Positions 63,430 through 64,000 of a stretch of 64,000 nucleotides of DNA are shown piece after piece (within the stretch, counting starts at the first letter, position 1; each line of letters opens with the position of its first letter). Source of the stretch: Podarcis liolepis (lineage: Eukaryota); NCBI GenBank assembly GCA_965112155.1, contig OZ218106.1, one strand, 5' to 3'. Under the pieces are notes generated by a model, which saw only the letters and a program-made list of their open reading frames with translations, did not search any database and was not told where the DNA came from. The position numbers and the translations under genes were made by a program.

Positions 63430-63860
63430 ATTATAGAATGGGTGGGATTGCAGCTGGGTCAGAGAGGAAGAGCAGGGATTTTTGCGTACTGCCCAACAAT
63501 CTCCCTGACTGAGCTGGTGGAGATGGTGTCGAGAATGGTGCTCTAACTTTATCATCCACGTGGGGTCCAACTTATCTGGTCTGACACATATTATCAGTTG
63601 CTACACCTGGAGCTGGCAATTCTTTTTATATGCTCGCTTGCTGTAGCATTTCCTAGCCTGAGATACTTTGATATCAGTAGCTCACGCTCTGGTGACTTCG
63701 CATTTGGATTATTGGTATGCGCTCTACGTGGGGCTACCTTGGAGCTGGAGCTACTGAAGAATTAATCTGCCATGTTCTGAACGGAGGCAGCAAGTTAGGA
63801 GAATGTAACATTGCCTCTGAAAGCACTCCACTGCCTACCAACCCTGATTCAGGTACCCTA
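63430..63860 (+). mobile_element. Degraded, internally deleted L2 LINE remnant
   Basis: LGQRGRAGIFAYCPTISLTELVEMVS (endonuclease-like), followed by VAHALVTSHLDYWYALYVG (L2 HALVTSRLDYCNALY-like). Confidence 0.65.
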
Positions 63861-64000
63861 AAGCTTTTTAGTTTTTTGAATGTGAAACTAGGATCCTAGT
63901 CTTCTCCTCTGTTCAGTTTTCTTAGTGTCTGTATGCTGCTGTTTTCAATACAAGTACACATACAACCCACCGGCACTTACGCATACCCCATTTTCATGTG

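Overview
Vertebrate genomic DNA, almost certainly a squamate reptile and probably a lacertid lizard (Sauria SINEs, a BovB/RTE 3' fragment, L2 remnants). The window is dominated by one minus-strand gene, PRSS12 (neurotrypsin/motopsin). Coding exons 1-11 were reconstructed by hand (54196 down to 3977; 1946 nt, all GT-AG, phases consistent). They encode signal peptide, Pro-rich segment, kringle, four SRCR domains, the RRQKR|IIGG activation site and the start of the trypsin-like domain. The last protease exons (catalytic Asp/Ser) were not found and should lie left of position 1. A ~9.7 kb near-identical direct duplication (22321-31981 vs 32182-41867) abuts a 200-N gap and repeats exons 3-4 and part of exon 2; it is most likely a haplotype-overlap assembly artefact. 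The most interesting biological signal is an out-of-frame, strong-Kozak upstream AUG 28 nt before the PRSS12 start, giving an overlapping uORF that, from memory, resembles the human 5'UTR. The rest is intron/intergenic DNA rich in SINEs, LINE remnants and several MITE families. I found no convincing novel multi-gene system.
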